Shown here: positions 1 to 10,434 of the stretch, piece after piece
Position numbering within the stretch: the first letter of the stretch is position 1
Layout of the letters: each line of letters opens with the position of its first letter
Source of the DNA: Spirochaetales bacterium
GTDB taxonomy: Bacteria; Spirochaetota; Spirochaetia; JAIPGG01
Length of the DNA stretch: 64,000 nucleotides
Assembly (NCBI GenBank): GCA_021736255.1
Contig: JAIPGG010000001.1
Span: 11,506 to 75,505, forward strand
Direction: 5' to 3'
The notes under the pieces: model-generated
Database searches by the model: none
Seen by the model: the letters and a program-made list of their open reading frames with translations, nothing else
What the model was told of the DNA's origin: nothing
Translations under genes and position numbers: made by a program

Positions 1-806
1 ATGACGTAAGGCCGCTGCTTCCCCTGTTTTTTAACAACGGGCGATTCTATCTTCTCCTGCTCAATCTTCATGGATGCCGGCTTTACCATGCCACCCGGTA
101 CACTCTCCAAAAAATTCCGTATAAAGAGTTAGAGAGGACAATGGAAGAAGTATTAAAGTATGATGTCCCGGAAAAACAGATTCAGTTTCATACCCAAACC
201 GGAAATGCGGCAGGCCGCAGGGCAGCCGTGTACCATGGTCAGGGTGTGGGTACCGAGCAGTCGGACGAAAAAGAAAAGATGCTGCCTTATCTGGGGGCAG
301 TGGAAAACAGGGTTACAAAACTGATAAACAGCGATACTATTCCGCTTCTGCTTGCAGGAGACGAACATCTGGTAGGATATTACAGAAGAGTGAATAACTA
401 TCATAATCTTCCTGATCAGGCAATAAAAAAGAACAGTAAGGAGCAGGACCCTGAAGAGTTTCACAATGCAGCATGGGAATTGCTGAAAGACACCTTTGAA
501 AACTCGAGAGAAAATGTTTTGCAAAGATACAACGAATATGCCGGTACCGATTATGCTGCAGAAGGGCTTGAAACGATTCTTCCCGCCGCTTTTGAGGGAA
601 GAATTCATGAGCTCCTCGTGCCGAAGAAAAAGGAAAAAAACGGGAGTTCTAATCCTGAAAATTTCCGGTTGGATTTTTCCCGTTGGGACTCAGAGACGGA
701 TTTGCTCGAAGCCGCTGTAAAACAGACCCTGCTTAATAATGGTAAGGTTGTAAACCTTGATGAACCGGAACTTCCGGGGAAATCGGAAGCTGCGGCGATT
801 TTTTGA
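1..806 (+). CDS. 5'-partial hypothetical protein. The frame has no stop from nt 3 up to the listed ORF start at 141, so the gene very likely continues upstream of the window. Weak eRF1/Pelota-like (baeRF-type) resemblance.
   Basis: In-frame codons 3..140 contain no stop, and the ORF ends at 806. Motifs 'VYHGQGVG' (GGQ-like) and C-terminal 'GLETILPAAFEGRIHELLV' resemble the eRF1/Pelota domain-3 'vETLLvs' motif. This is weak motif-level evidence only. Confidence 0.3.
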   Translation, partial: DVRPLLPLFFNNGRFYLLLLNLHGCRLYHATRYTLQKIPYKELERTMEEVLKYDVPEKQIQFHTQTGNAAGRRAAVYHGQGVGTEQSDEKEKMLPYLGAVENRVTKLINSDTIPLLLAGDEHLVGYYRRVNNYHNLPDQAIKKNSKEQDPEEFHNAAWELLKDTFENSRENVLQRYNEYAGTDYAAEGLETILPAAFEGRIHELLVPKKKEKNGSSNPENFRLDFSRWDSETDLLEAAVKQTLLNNGKVVNLDEPELPGKSEAAAIF

Positions 807-853
807 TACTAAATTCAGTGCCGGAAGACGGCATGAAAAAGGGGACGCACAGT

Positions 854-1852
854 ATGGAGCCGAAAAAATATTTGGCGTATGTAATCGAGGAGAAAGACGG
901 GACCTATACCCGGGAATTACAAACCCGGGATATCGAGGAACTGCCGCCGGGCGAGCTTTTGGTGGAGGTGCATTATACCTCGGTGAATTATAAGGACGCC
1001 CTTTCCGCCACGGGCAACAAAGGAGTTACAAAGGAGTACCCCCACACACCAGGAATTGATGCAGCAGGGGTTGTAGTTTCTTCTGATTCCGAGGATTTCA
1101 ACGAAAACGACGAGGTAATCGTAACCAGTTACGATCTGGGCATGAACACAGCCGGCGGATTCGGGCAGTATATCAGAGTGCCCGCCGAGTGGGCTGTACG
1201 ACTGCCTGAAGGCCTTTCCCTCAAAGAGGCCATGGTTATTGGAACCGCCGGCCTGACCGCGGCGATTTCAGTTTTGCGCCTTTTTGAAAAGGTAACACCC
1301 GATCAAGGCCCTATCGGTGTTTCCGGGGCTACCGGAGGTGTCGGTTCAATGGCAATATCCATTCTTTCCCGCCTCGGCTACGAGGTATCAGCGATAACCG
1401 GCAAGGAAGAAGAGGAGGATTATCTCCGGCGGATAGGCGCCGACCGGATTGTAAACCGCCGGGAATTCTCGGAAAAAAGCAAACGGCCTTTACTCAAATC
1501 CGCTTTTGCCGGGACCATAGACACGGTGGGGGGACTGATTCTGGAAAACCTCATCAAATCGACAAAACCTCAGGGTATTGTTACCTGTTGCGGGAATGCT
1601 GCTTCGGCAGAATTAAACCTGACAGTCTACCCCTTCATCCTGCGGGGAGTGTCCCTTGCCGGGGTGGATTCTCAAAACTATCCAATAACTGAAAGAGATG
1701 CCCTCTGGAGGCAGCTCGCCGAACAGTGGAAACCCCTGCCTATGCTCGATGAGTATCGGGAGATCGGTTTTCATGAGCTCGACGAGGTGATTGATTCACT
1801 CCTTGCAGGCAGGGGAAAGGGCCGGACAGTCCTGGACCTGAGGCGGAAATAA
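854..1852 (+). CDS. YhdH/YhfP-family quinone oxidoreductase (MDR superfamily, acrylyl-CoA reductase AcuI-like)
   Basis: 349-aa ORF at 803..1852; the best start is the internal Met at 854 ('MEPKKYLAYVIEEKDG...'). It shows the typical MDR N-terminal GroES-like region and a C-terminal Rossmann region 'GVSGATGGVGSMAISIL'. The length and profile match the YhdH family. Confidence 0.7.
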   Translation: MEPKKYLAYVIEEKDGTYTRELQTRDIEELPPGELLVEVHYTSVNYKDALSATGNKGVTKEYPHTPGIDAAGVVVSSDSEDFNENDEVIVTSYDLGMNTAGGFGQYIRVPAEWAVRLPEGLSLKEAMVIGTAGLTAAISVLRLFEKVTPDQGPIGVSGATGGVGSMAISILSRLGYEVSAITGKEEEEDYLRRIGADRIVNRREFSEKSKRPLLKSAFAGTIDTVGGLILENLIKSTKPQGIVTCCGNAASAELNLTVYPFILRGVSLAGVDSQNYPITERDALWRQLAEQWKPLPMLDEYREIGFHELDEVIDSLLAGRGKGRTVLDLRRK

Positions 1853-1903
1853 CCGATCGCATCATATTGACAGAGCTTTTCCTCGAAATTAGGGTCTACA
1901 CTT

Positions 1904-3463
1904 ATGGAAAAACAAAGCATAAATAGCATCGAAGAGGATTTAGGAAAGCTGAAGAATGCGGTAGCCGGTTTCATAACCGACATAGCGCAAATCTCGGATG
2001 TCAATGACGCATTTGTCCAAGAAATTCTCGAGGCCTCAAAAAAGAACAGCATCTCCATCGAGGATGTCTTCGGTGAACTCAAGGAGGTAAAAGAGGGTTC
2101 TCAGGATATTTACAAACGGGTTGATGACTCGGGTCGAACCATCCATCAGAGTATGGGGGATATCAACCAATCGATTACATCGATGAGCGGTATTATCTCC
2201 TCCCTGTTCGAGAAATTCCATGAGTTGAAAAGTATTTTCAGCAAGGTCGAGGATGCAAGCAAGAATGTGATAGAGAGAATTGCCGAGGTGGAAGATGTTG
2301 CCGACCTGACTCACATGCTTGCCCTGAATGCTGCTATAGAGGCCGCCCGGGCAGGGGAGGAGGGAAAGGGATTTTCGGTAGTTGCCAAGGAGGTCCGTTC
2401 TCTTGCCGAACGGAGCAAGAAGATCTCCGGGGAGGCTGCTGATATTGTAACTACCCTGCGGGAGCACCTGAGGCAATCCGATACGTCACTTTCCGAATAT
2501 GAAAAGATACAGCGCAATGCCTCAGAAGCAGCTGCTTCTACGGAGAACAATCTCGAATCCACTACGCAGAGTATCGATACGGTACTGAATGAAGTAGACA
2601 GCATCAAAACAATAGTCGGCCATCAAACGGAGGAAATCGAATCGATGTTTTCCGAGATGGCCGGGGTTCGGGAAAATGTACTTTTCATGGAATCGAGTTC
2701 GAACAAGATCGTGAAGAACATGAAGCTGCAGCAGAACAAGGTGCAAAAGATCCAATCCAAAATTGAAGATAGGTTTGCAGCCCACGAAGGAACAAGAAAA
2801 GAACAAGCCTCCATTATTGTGGGTCATGACAGCGCCTATCCTCCCTGGGTTTACCTGGAAGACGGAGAGAGCAGGGGTGTCAGTATCGATGCGGTCAAGG
2901 ATATTGCAGGCAAGCTCTCGATAGACGCGGATTATTATCCCAACCAGTGGGCGAATGTGTATCCGGCGCTGTTGAACAAAAAGATCGATCTGGTAGTGAA
3001 CGTGGGCTGGCCGAACGATCAGATCGATACGCAGAAGGTTATCGCTACCTCGCCCTATGAACACTTTGAAACAACCCTTTTTATCAAACGGGAAGACTAC
3101 GAAAAACGAGAAGGCGGTATCAGAGTCCAAGAGCTCGAGGGAAAAAAGGTTACCGCCCAGAGCGGTTCCTACACGGACCAGGACCTCGCAGAAACCGGCT
3201 GCGAGATCGTGTATGTAGACAACGACATCCAGGCCTTCGTCAAGCTCATCTGGAACAAGGTCTATGCCGTTGCCACCGACCGCCGGGTGGGAGAGCATAT
3301 CTCCGAGGTTTTTTTCGAGAACGAGATCGTACCGGCCTCCGATCCCCTCGGCAAGACCGATGTGGTCATGATCTGCAGGCGAGAGGACCAGGAGCTCTAC
3401 CGGAAGATCGAGGACGCCTTGAGGTACAGGGAGCAGAGTATAAAGCCTGCAATGAAGAGGTAA
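1904..3463 (+). CDS. Soluble methyl-accepting chemotaxis protein: an N-terminal MCP signalling (MA) domain fused to a C-terminal periplasmic-binding-protein type 3 (SBP_bac_3/PBPb) domain, with no TM or HAMP segment.
   Basis: The MCP highly conserved domain is present ('[38 protein letters not shown]'). The C-terminal roughly 220 aa ('[34 protein letters not shown]...[11 protein letters not shown]...') is typical of amino-acid/solute-binding family 3. There are no hydrophobic segments. Confidence 0.7.
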   Translation: MEKQSINSIEEDLGKLKNAVAGFITDIAQISDVNDAFVQEILEASKKNSISIEDVFGELKEVKEGSQDIYKRVDDSGRTIHQSMGDINQSITSMSGIISSLFEKFHELKSIFSKVEDASKNVIERIAEVEDVADLTHMLALNAAIEAARAGEEGKGFSVVAKEVRSLAERSKKISGEAADIVTTLREHLRQSDTSLSEYEKIQRNASEAAASTENNLESTTQSIDTVLNEVDSIKTIVGHQTEEIESMFSEMAGVRENVLFMESSSNKIVKNMKLQQNKVQKIQSKIEDRFAAHEGTRKEQASIIVGHDSAYPPWVYLEDGESRGVSIDAVKDIAGKLSIDADYYPNQWANVYPALLNKKIDLVVNVGWPNDQIDTQKVIATSPYEHFETTLFIKREDYEKREGGIRVQELEGKKVTAQSGSYTDQDLAETGCEIVYVDNDIQAFVKLIWNKVYAVATDRRVGEHISEVFFENEIVPASDPLGKTDVVMICRREDQELYRKIEDALRYREQSIKPAMKR

Positions 3464-3505
3464 ACGGCAAGCAGTCCCGAAAAAACAAACCGCACATATC
3501 TGAAT

Positions 3506-6436
3506 TTGCTCCTGGGCAGTCTTGCTAGTATGCTTAATGAAAAGGGAGTTACTATGTTTTTTATTCTAGGTGTTCTTTTCCTTCTGGCGGGAGCTATTCC
3601 GCTTATCCTTACATTAAAACGGCGCGATTCTTACTCGGAGGATCAATTCCGCCATAAACTGAAAAAGGCGGTGATCGTCCTCATTGTTGATATTGCGGCA
3701 TTGATCATCATAAACGTTTATTTTTTCTTTTTTACAGATTTTCTCTGGTTTAAATCACTCGGATACGAGAACCGTTTTCTGCTCGTATTGCAAACCCGGA
3801 TTGTTCTCTTTTTTATCGGTGCCGCCATTGCCTATGTGTTTTACTCCTCTCATGTTCGAGCATCCCGCCTGGTCGGAGGAGCGGATATTCCCACGGCTAC
3901 TGCATTGCCGGTAGTGATCGTGTTGACTGTTATCAGCGCCGTCTGGGCTTCAAACCTGTGGGACAGTTATCTGCTGTTTGCAAATCAGGCGGAGACCAGC
4001 CTCACAGATCCGATTTTTGGTCAGTCGATTTCGTTTTATCTGTTCTCCCTGTCGTTTCTTTCAAACGTAGTTGGCTGGTTTATCTTCCTTTTTGTTGTTT
4101 CGATTGCCGTTCTGGGATTTCTTGCCAACGGAATCAACAACAAACTGAACAGCCCGGCGGAAGAAGAAAACGCTATGCTGAACCAGCAGATGAATTTGAT
4201 CGTTCAGCGTTTGCTTCTTCTCGGGGGCTTCTTGTTTCTGCTGATAGCCTTTAACACCTATTTGGGTATTTTCCGGCTTCTGTATTCTCCCGAAGGAGTA
4301 GTTACCGGAGCAGGCTGGACGGATATTCATGTGCGTCTCCCAGCTCACTATGTCTCTGTTGTCGTCTTTGCTTTGCTCGGTGTTTTATTGATTATCGGGG
4401 GTTTCAAGCGTTCGTTTCTAGCGAAACTCTTTGCATTACGTACTGATTCAAACAATAAAATAAAAACCTCACGGGCCACCTGGATCTTCCCTGCCGGTGT
4501 TATAGCGGTGCTCGTACTTGCAAATGGGATAATCCCTGCTCTTGTTCAGAGCGTAATCGTCGAACCAAATGAATTAACAAAAGAGCAGCAATATATTCCG
4601 CATAATATAGATAATACCCGTAAGGCATATGGAATCGACGAAGAGCGGATTACCTCCCGGACGTACGAAGTCGGAACCGATGTTGACCGGACCATTACCG
4701 AACAGAATCAGAGCACTATAGATAATATCCGGTTGTGGGACTGGCGGGCCCTTCGAAGCAACCTGCAGCAGCAGCAGGAAATGCGGCTATACTACAATTT
4801 CCATGATGTGGATATAGACAGGTATAACTTCGGAGGTGATTATCGGCAGGTTATGCTCTCGGTGCGGGAAATGGAAAAAGCAGATTTGGCGCCGGAATCG
4901 CAAACCTGGATGAACCGTCACTTGAAATATACGCACGGTTACGGATTGGTCATGATTGATTCCCATGAATTCAAAACCCAGGGCGGTCCTCAACTGCTGG
5001 TAAAAGGTATACCCCCGGAGGAGACAGTCGAGGATTTCACTATAGAACGGCCTCAGATTTACTATGGGGAGCGAACGAATGACCATGTTTATGCAAACAC
5101 AACACAGCAGGAATTCGACTATCCCAGCGGGGACGAGAATAAATATACCGACTACACAGGAAAAGGCGGCGTAGTACTGGATTCTTTTTGGAAGCGGTTT
5201 GTCTATGCCTGGAAGTTCGACGGCTACAGACAGCTGTTTTCCGGTTATTTCACCCGGGAGAGCCGGGTTATGTATAACAGAAACATCCTCAGCAGGGTGA
5301 AGCGTCTGGCCCCTTTCCTGCGGTTGAGTTCCGACCCCTATGCGGTCGTTACCGACAAGGGAGAGATAAAATATATCGTCGATGCCTACACTGTCTCCCG
5401 TCACTATCCCTATTCCGAAGCCTACAGGGGGTCAATGCAGCAATATGCCGGGATCAACTACATTCGCAATTCAGTCAAGGTTGTTGTCGATGCCTACAAC
5501 GGAGAGACTACTTTTTATCTGATGGAACCGGATGATATAATTGCCACTACCTACGGAAACATGTTTCCCGAGCTTTTTCGCCCCTTCGAGAAGATGCCGG
5601 AATATCTCAAGAAGCATATACGGTATCCCGCGGAATACTTCACAATTCAGGCGGAAATGTACCGCACCTACCACATGACCGATGTCGGCGCCTTTTACCA
5701 GAGGGAGGATGTCTGGGAATTCGCTACCGAGAGGTACGGGGAGGGATTTCTCCCTGTTCAGCCCTACTATATCATGGTCCATTTTCCCGAAGAAGAACAA
5801 ATGGAATATGTTATCATGCTTCCCTTCACTCCAAAAAACAAAAACGTTATTAATGCCTGGCTTGCAGGCCGTTCCGACGTTCCGAACTACGGAAAGGTAA
5901 TGTCTTTTGCGTTTCCCAAAGGAGTGGAAGTGCTCGGACCGAGGCAAATCGAAGCAAGAATCGATCAGGATTCAGAGATGTCGAGGAATCTGAGTCTTTG
6001 GAGTCAGCAGGGCTCGGATGTAATACGCGGTAATCTCCTTGCCGTCCCTCTGTTCAAAGAAGAAACCATGTACATCATGTTTGCCGAATCGATTTTCATT
6101 CAGGCCGAAGGAGCCAAACTTCCCGAAATCAAGCGGGTTGCCCTGGCGGATCAGGAGCAGGTTGTGTGGGCTGAAACATTCGAGGCCAGCCTCCGAAAGC
6201 TTGCCGGCGTTGCAGCCCCTCCCTCTGAGCAGGCAGCCGGAGAAGCGGCACAGGCGGCTGCAGCCGCAGGAGGCGAGAAGCGGGTTGTCTTGCCGCAGGA
6301 TCTGCAGAATAAGATCGACGAAGCGGTAAGCACCTTCGAAGCCTATACCGACGCTGTTTCTCAGTCCAATTTCCAGGAGGCCGGAGAAAAACTCGACACC
6401 CTAAAAGGACTCATTCAGGAATTGAAGGACCGATAG
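3506..6436 (+). CDS. UPF0182 family integral membrane protein (COG1615-like): N-terminal multi-TM region plus a large extracytoplasmic domain.
   Basis: 976 aa, with about 7 predicted TM helices in the first roughly 330 aa and then a large soluble domain with an Ala/Gln-rich C-terminal tail. Size and architecture are characteristic of UPF0182. The start could be a downstream Met (3530 or 3554). Confidence 0.6.
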   Translation: MLLGSLASMLNEKGVTMFFILGVLFLLAGAIPLILTLKRRDSYSEDQFRHKLKKAVIVLIVDIAALIIINVYFFFFTDFLWFKSLGYENRFLLVLQTRIVLFFIGAAIAYVFYSSHVRASRLVGGADIPTATALPVVIVLTVISAVWASNLWDSYLLFANQAETSLTDPIFGQSISFYLFSLSFLSNVVGWFIFLFVVSIAVLGFLANGINNKLNSPAEEENAMLNQQMNLIVQRLLLLGGFLFLLIAFNTYLGIFRLLYSPEGVVTGAGWTDIHVRLPAHYVSVVVFALLGVLLIIGGFKRSFLAKLFALRTDSNNKIKTSRATWIFPAGVIAVLVLANGIIPALVQSVIVEPNELTKEQQYIPHNIDNTRKAYGIDEERITSRTYEVGTDVDRTITEQNQSTIDNIRLWDWRALRSNLQQQQEMRLYYNFHDVDIDRYNFGGDYRQVMLSVREMEKADLAPESQTWMNRHLKYTHGYGLVMIDSHEFKTQGGPQLLVKGIPPEETVEDFTIERPQIYYGERTNDHVYANTTQQEFDYPSGDENKYTDYTGKGGVVLDSFWKRFVYAWKFDGYRQLFSGYFTRESRVMYNRNILSRVKRLAPFLRLSSDPYAVVTDKGEIKYIVDAYTVSRHYPYSEAYRGSMQQYAGINYIRNSVKVVVDAYNGETTFYLMEPDDIIATTYGNMFPELFRPFEKMPEYLKKHIRYPAEYFTIQAEMYRTYHMTDVGAFYQREDVWEFATERYGEGFLPVQPYYIMVHFPEEEQMEYVIMLPFTPKNKNVINAWLAGRSDVPNYGKVMSFAFPKGVEVLGPRQIEARIDQDSEMSRNLSLWSQQGSDVIRGNLLAVPLFKEETMYIMFAESIFIQAEGAKLPEIKRVALADQEQVVWAETFEASLRKLAGVAAPPSEQAAGEAAQAAAAAGGEKRVVLPQDLQNKIDEAVSTFEAYTDAVSQSNFQEAGEKLDTLKGLIQELKDR

Positions 6437-6512
6437 AGAAACCGGCTGTGCAAATTGCAATCCTCCCCCCACCCAGGTTAGACTGTTTGCAGTCGAAACC
6501 TGTGGGGCGGGA

Positions 6513-6791
6513 GTGCATATGACAGAAAAAGAACAATTCTCCTGCCGGGCCGGCTGCGGAGCCTGCTGCATCGCCCTGTCGATTTCCTCTCCGATTCCGG
6601 GTATGCCGGAGGGAAAGCCTGCCGGTGTGCGATGTGTGCAGCTCTCCGAGGACAACCGCTGCGCTCTTTTCGGGGAACCCGAAAGACCGGAGGTCTGTGT
6701 CAAGCTTGTACCCAGTCGCGAGATGTGCGGACACTCCCGGGAAGAGGCGATGGACAACCTTTCCGAGCTCGAAGAAGCCACACAGCCCTAG
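6513..6791 (+). CDS. YkgJ-family cysteine-cluster (CxxCxxCC) zinc/iron-chelating domain protein
   Basis: 'CRAGCGACC' CxxCxxCC motif plus downstream Cys residues in a 92-aa ORF. It is convergent with the amidohydrolase gene. Confidence 0.5.
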   Translation: MHMTEKEQFSCRAGCGACCIALSISSPIPGMPEGKPAGVRCVQLSEDNRCALFGEPERPEVCVKLVPSREMCGHSREEAMDNLSELEEATQP

Positions 6792-6799
6792 ACGGATCG

Positions 6800-8392
6800 T
6801 CAGATGCGGCTGTTCATAATGTAGAATGGGTCGTAATCGAGCTCATCCCATCCTTCGTACCACTGATAATAATAGGGCTTGATCTTCTGCAGGGCTTCTG
6901 CAAACCGGCGCTGTTCAGCACTGATCCCCCGTTCAGCCTGCCTGCGGACCTCTTCGTAAAGGGCCTGAACATCCACCGTCAAGATCCGGCGATCTTCCAT
7001 GACTACCTTGCCCCCGACGATCGCCGTGTTTACGTGCGAACCCTTTGCCCGGTGAATAAATACCTCCGCCATGTTCAGATCCGGCGCCATCCAGGGGTCG
7101 TTCATGATCTCCTCTAGATCGACCAGGATCATGTCGGCCTTCATTCCCGGCCGCAGAGCGCCGATCTCGCCGGCAAACCCGCAAACCCGGGCGCCGTTGA
7201 CCGTTCCCATCTGCAGCACATCGAAGGCGTCCAGAGCCGGGGTGTTTTGCAGGTCGAAGCCGCCCACCCGGTGGAGCCGGTGGATCAGCCGGAGCTCCAT
7301 GATCGCATCCTCATCGTCGTTGATTCCCTTGTCGTCAAGACCCAGGGCAACGTTTACCCCTGCTTCCTTTAAAAAGAGCACCGGCGAGATCCCGTTTCGC
7401 ACCGCCAGATTGCAGCTCGGGTGGTGGGTCGTCGATGCCCCGTGTTTCGCGAGCAGCTCGATGTCCGATTCGGTCAAGAAGACCGCGTGTCCGAGGACCA
7501 GATTCTTGTCTACCAGGCCAATATCATCCATGTGGGCCAGGAGAGACTTTCCATACATGCGAAGCCCGTAGGCCTTCTGAACCGGGGTCTGCAGAGTGTG
7601 CAGATGGATCGGGAGTCCCCCGAGTTCGTCCGCCCGGACCTTTACCCGCTGAAGAAATTTATCGGTGGCCCCCATGGCCCAGCTTGGTCCCAGGATGAGG
7701 CGGGTCTCTTCCCCGTTGTAGGATTTGTACAGGTTTTCGAAGAGGTCCATGTAAGCATCGGCAAAGGCCTCTTTATCGTAAAAGACCATCGACCGGGTAA
7801 ACTCCTGAAGCTCCGGCGGCAAAGTTTCGAAAAAACCCTCATCATCCAGGGCCAATCTATTCATGTCCCGTCCGCCCGGGGAATAAGCCAGCCGGATACC
7901 CGCTTCGAGCGATCCCTCGATTACCTTCTCTGCGTTCTCGAGGATATTCGGCTCCTCCCCCCAGTTGTTGTGATGCCGGGTCGTGCAGCCGTTTCTCAGA
8001 TGACGGACAGCGCTCATCATTGATGAGAGTGCCGGATCCAACCCCCGCATAAAGGCCCAATCGATCAGCCCGTTCTCGAGGAAATCCAGGGGAATTCCCT
8101 GCTGTGTCAGCGTGAGCCCCCAGCCGTGACTGTGACTGTCCACCAGCCCCGGCATCAAAAGCTGTTTTCCGTTTCCCTTGACTGCAGCCCCGGGATATTT
8201 CTCCTTCAGGTCCCGGTAGTCTCCGACCTCGCTCACCAACCCTTCTTTGCAGTACACCGCCGCATCGTTGAGAATCCCCGATTCCCCTGCCGCCGGGTCG
8301 CTGATGAGATATTTCCCTCGGATCAGTAGTTCCCTGTCCCGATTGTCGGGCTTCCTCGATTTTCGCTCGGTTTCCGATTTATGTTTTGCCAT
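6800..8392 (-). CDS. Amidohydrolase-family metal-dependent hydrolase (cytosine/guanine/chlorohydrolase-deaminase-like)
   Basis: 530 aa. It has the 'VDSHSHG' HxH metal-binding signature of amidohydrolase_1, further His/Asp ligands ('IHLHTLQT', 'HHPSCN', 'GLDDKG') and a TIM-barrel length. Confidence 0.75.
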   Translation of the reverse strand: MAKHKSETERKSRKPDNRDRELLIRGKYLISDPAAGESGILNDAAVYCKEGLVSEVGDYRDLKEKYPGAAVKGNGKQLLMPGLVDSHSHGWGLTLTQQGIPLDFLENGLIDWAFMRGLDPALSSMMSAVRHLRNGCTTRHHNNWGEEPNILENAEKVIEGSLEAGIRLAYSPGGRDMNRLALDDEGFFETLPPELQEFTRSMVFYDKEAFADAYMDLFENLYKSYNGEETRLILGPSWAMGATDKFLQRVKVRADELGGLPIHLHTLQTPVQKAYGLRMYGKSLLAHMDDIGLVDKNLVLGHAVFLTESDIELLAKHGASTTHHPSCNLAVRNGISPVLFLKEAGVNVALGLDDKGINDDEDAIMELRLIHRLHRVGGFDLQNTPALDAFDVLQMGTVNGARVCGFAGEIGALRPGMKADMILVDLEEIMNDPWMAPDLNMAEVFIHRAKGSHVNTAIVGGKVVMEDRRILTVDVQALYEEVRRQAERGISAEQRRFAEALQKIKPYYYQWYEGWDELDYDPFYIMNSRI

Positions 8393-8606
8393 CTTACGCC
8401 TCCTGATATCGATATTTCATGATAGACCATTCTCGCCGGAGCGCAAGACGCCAAAACTGAACTTTTCACAAATATGCAGGCAGACAAAAAGGCAATCGAC
8501 CGGCGGCCGGTAGTATTCCTCTTTCTCAGATACTGAATACATGCGAAACTCGATACTATAGTGCCTATGATGCTCACCATACGGGAGAGTATGCCGGGAG
8601 GAATGA

Positions 8607-9134
8607 ATGAAGATACACATTGTTTATTATTCCCACAGCGGGAACAATGAAGCACTTGCCGCGGAGCTGCAGCGTCGCCTCGGATGCGAAGTAACCCAGA
8701 TCATGGACGCAAAAAGGCGGACAGGTTTTTCTCTGTTCCTCGATTCCTTTTTCGATCGCAAGCTCCCTTTTCAGATTCGGGGGCCGCATCCTGATTTTAC
8801 CGGTCTTGTTATATTTGTCGGACCCGTTTGGAACTACCGCATCGGAGCTCCCCTGAAGAACTACATCCGTTCTATTAGCGGCGAGCTCGGCAAGTTCGCC
8901 TTTCTGACGATTTGCACCGGCAGGAAGAGGCAGCATCAAAAACTCAACCGGCAGCTCCTTGAATTAACCGGTCGTGAGCCGAGGGCTATAGCCGAGCTCT
9001 GTGTAAATGATCTTCTGCCGGAAAAGCATCGTGGAAAGATAAAGTATGCCGGCAGCTATCAAGTAGGCGAGGAGGCCCTTCGTTACTTTGATGCATCGCT
9101 GCGGGATTTTCTCAATCATCTAGCTGTAAATTAG
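8607..9134 (+). CDS. Flavodoxin-like fold protein
   Basis: 175 aa, with N-terminal 'MKIHIVYYSHSGNNEALA', typical of the flavodoxin/NAD(P)H-dependent FMN reductase family. A GGGAGG RBS lies upstream. Confidence 0.5.
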   Translation: MKIHIVYYSHSGNNEALAAELQRRLGCEVTQIMDAKRRTGFSLFLDSFFDRKLPFQIRGPHPDFTGLVIFVGPVWNYRIGAPLKNYIRSISGELGKFAFLTICTGRKRQHQKLNRQLLELTGREPRAIAELCVNDLLPEKHRGKIKYAGSYQVGEEALRYFDASLRDFLNHLAVN

Positions 9135-9274
9135 GCTGGTATATCGCGCCGGATCTATTCGGGGTCACGGCTGTGCCGGATCGTGGTGATAGTTCAAGCC
9201 ATTGTGTTCTATCTCCACGATCGGGGGCACTAACCCTCTGTTTCAGCCGGAATACTTTTGTTACAATTACCTCG

Positions 9275-10348
9275 ATGCATCTGACCGAGATTTCTTTGCC
9301 GGAACTCTATCATACATCGGGCAGCAGCAGCCTCTTCCAGAGTGCTTTCTGGGGAAAATTCAAATGGAATGTCGGCCATGAGGTTCGTTCCTTCCGGGTC
9401 GAGTTTCGCGGTGAATACCGGAATCTGATTGTCGTTTTCCGCTCGTTTACCGGAGAAAGCTGTTTCGGCTATGTACCCTATGGGCCGGACGTGGATTTGC
9501 CCGAGGATTCCCACGGATTCTTTCTCGAAGAGATTGCTGAAAATCTGCGACCGCAGATGCCGGCAGGCTGCGTTTTTCTTCGCTTTGATCTGCCCTGGCA
9601 GAGCCCCTATTACAATGTTTACCCGGCGAAAACTGGTGGTGATGATGAGGTTCCCGATTCCAGGTTGCGTGAGCTTCGAATGAACTTCGGCAGCGCCTAC
9701 CGGAATCTCCGCAAGGCGCCTACCGACATGCAGCCGGTGGACACGGTCCTTATCGATCTCAGCCTGCCGGAGGACAAGCTCTTCCGCCGGTTTAAGCAGA
9801 AAACCCGATACAATATCCGTCTTGCAGAAAGAAAGGGCCTGCGGGTCAACTCTGCGCCGGTCGATTCGCTCTCTAGATGGTACGATTTGTATCGACTGAC
9901 GACCGAACGCAAGGGAATCGTTACCGAGGATTACTCCTACTTCGAACGACTTATTACTACCTCCCGGCATTGGATGCCGGACATCCAGCTGCTTCAGGCA
10001 TTCCATGGCGATACGGTGGTTGCAGGCATCCTGGCCGCGTTTTTCAAAGACCGTGCCTATTATCTCTACGGCGCTTCGGATTATTCACAGCGCCATCTTA
10101 TGGCACCCCAGCTGCTTCAGTGGGAAGCGATTCGCATGGCCGCAAGGCGGGGCTGCCGCTGGTACGATCTCTTCGGGATCCCCCCAACAGGCGAGCGTCA
10201 CCATCCGATGCACGGCTTGTACCGTTTCAAGACCAGCTTCGGCGGCCGGATCTATCACTGGCGTGGCTGCTGGGATTATCCCCTGGAACCCGATCGGTAC
10301 GACGGTTCCGTACTGCCTGCCGCACTTTTGAACCAGTATCACCTCTGA
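9275..10348 (+). CDS. FemAB-family aminoacyltransferase (peptidoglycan bridge formation / GNAT-like) protein
   Basis: 'QSAFWGKFK' and the overall length/pattern match the FemAB/lipid II:glycine glycyltransferase family. The listed ORF starts at 9173, but I prefer the first ATG in a good context at 9275 ('MHLTEISLPELY'). Confidence 0.55.
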   Translation: MHLTEISLPELYHTSGSSSLFQSAFWGKFKWNVGHEVRSFRVEFRGEYRNLIVVFRSFTGESCFGYVPYGPDVDLPEDSHGFFLEEIAENLRPQMPAGCVFLRFDLPWQSPYYNVYPAKTGGDDEVPDSRLRELRMNFGSAYRNLRKAPTDMQPVDTVLIDLSLPEDKLFRRFKQKTRYNIRLAERKGLRVNSAPVDSLSRWYDLYRLTTERKGIVTEDYSYFERLITTSRHWMPDIQLLQAFHGDTVVAGILAAFFKDRAYYLYGASDYSQRHLMAPQLLQWEAIRMAARRGCRWYDLFGIPPTGERHHPMHGLYRFKTSFGGRIYHWRGCWDYPLEPDRYDGSVLPAALLNQYHL

Positions 10349-10434
10349 TTTTTCTCGTCTGACGGCAATATACGACGAAATTCCGATAGCTTGCTGAATC
10401 GATTTTCCACACTATAGAACTCCGAACAGGAGAG

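Noticed and set aside
2522-3298. 258-aa minus-strand ORF inside the MCP-SBP gene, and similar long shadow ORFs (4787..5404, 7421..8023, 9230..10006, 31248..31700, 36584..37270, 54028..54576)
   Set aside because: All lie entirely within strongly motif-supported genes on the opposite strand and have no recognisable motifs. They are typical shadow ORFs.
8393-8606. FMN or other riboswitch upstream of the flavodoxin-like gene
   Set aside because: No conserved riboswitch core sequences recognisable by eye; a divergent promoter region is the simpler explanation.
8574-8939. 121-aa minus-strand ORF overlapping the flavodoxin-like gene
   Set aside because: It overlaps the better-supported flavodoxin-like ORF, whose N-terminus is typical, and has no start context.
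9173-9274. Upstream extension of the FemAB-like ORF
   Set aside because: The extension ('MPDRGDSSSHCVLSPRSGALTLCF...') has no family resemblance. The FemAB-like sequence starts at the Met at 9275.
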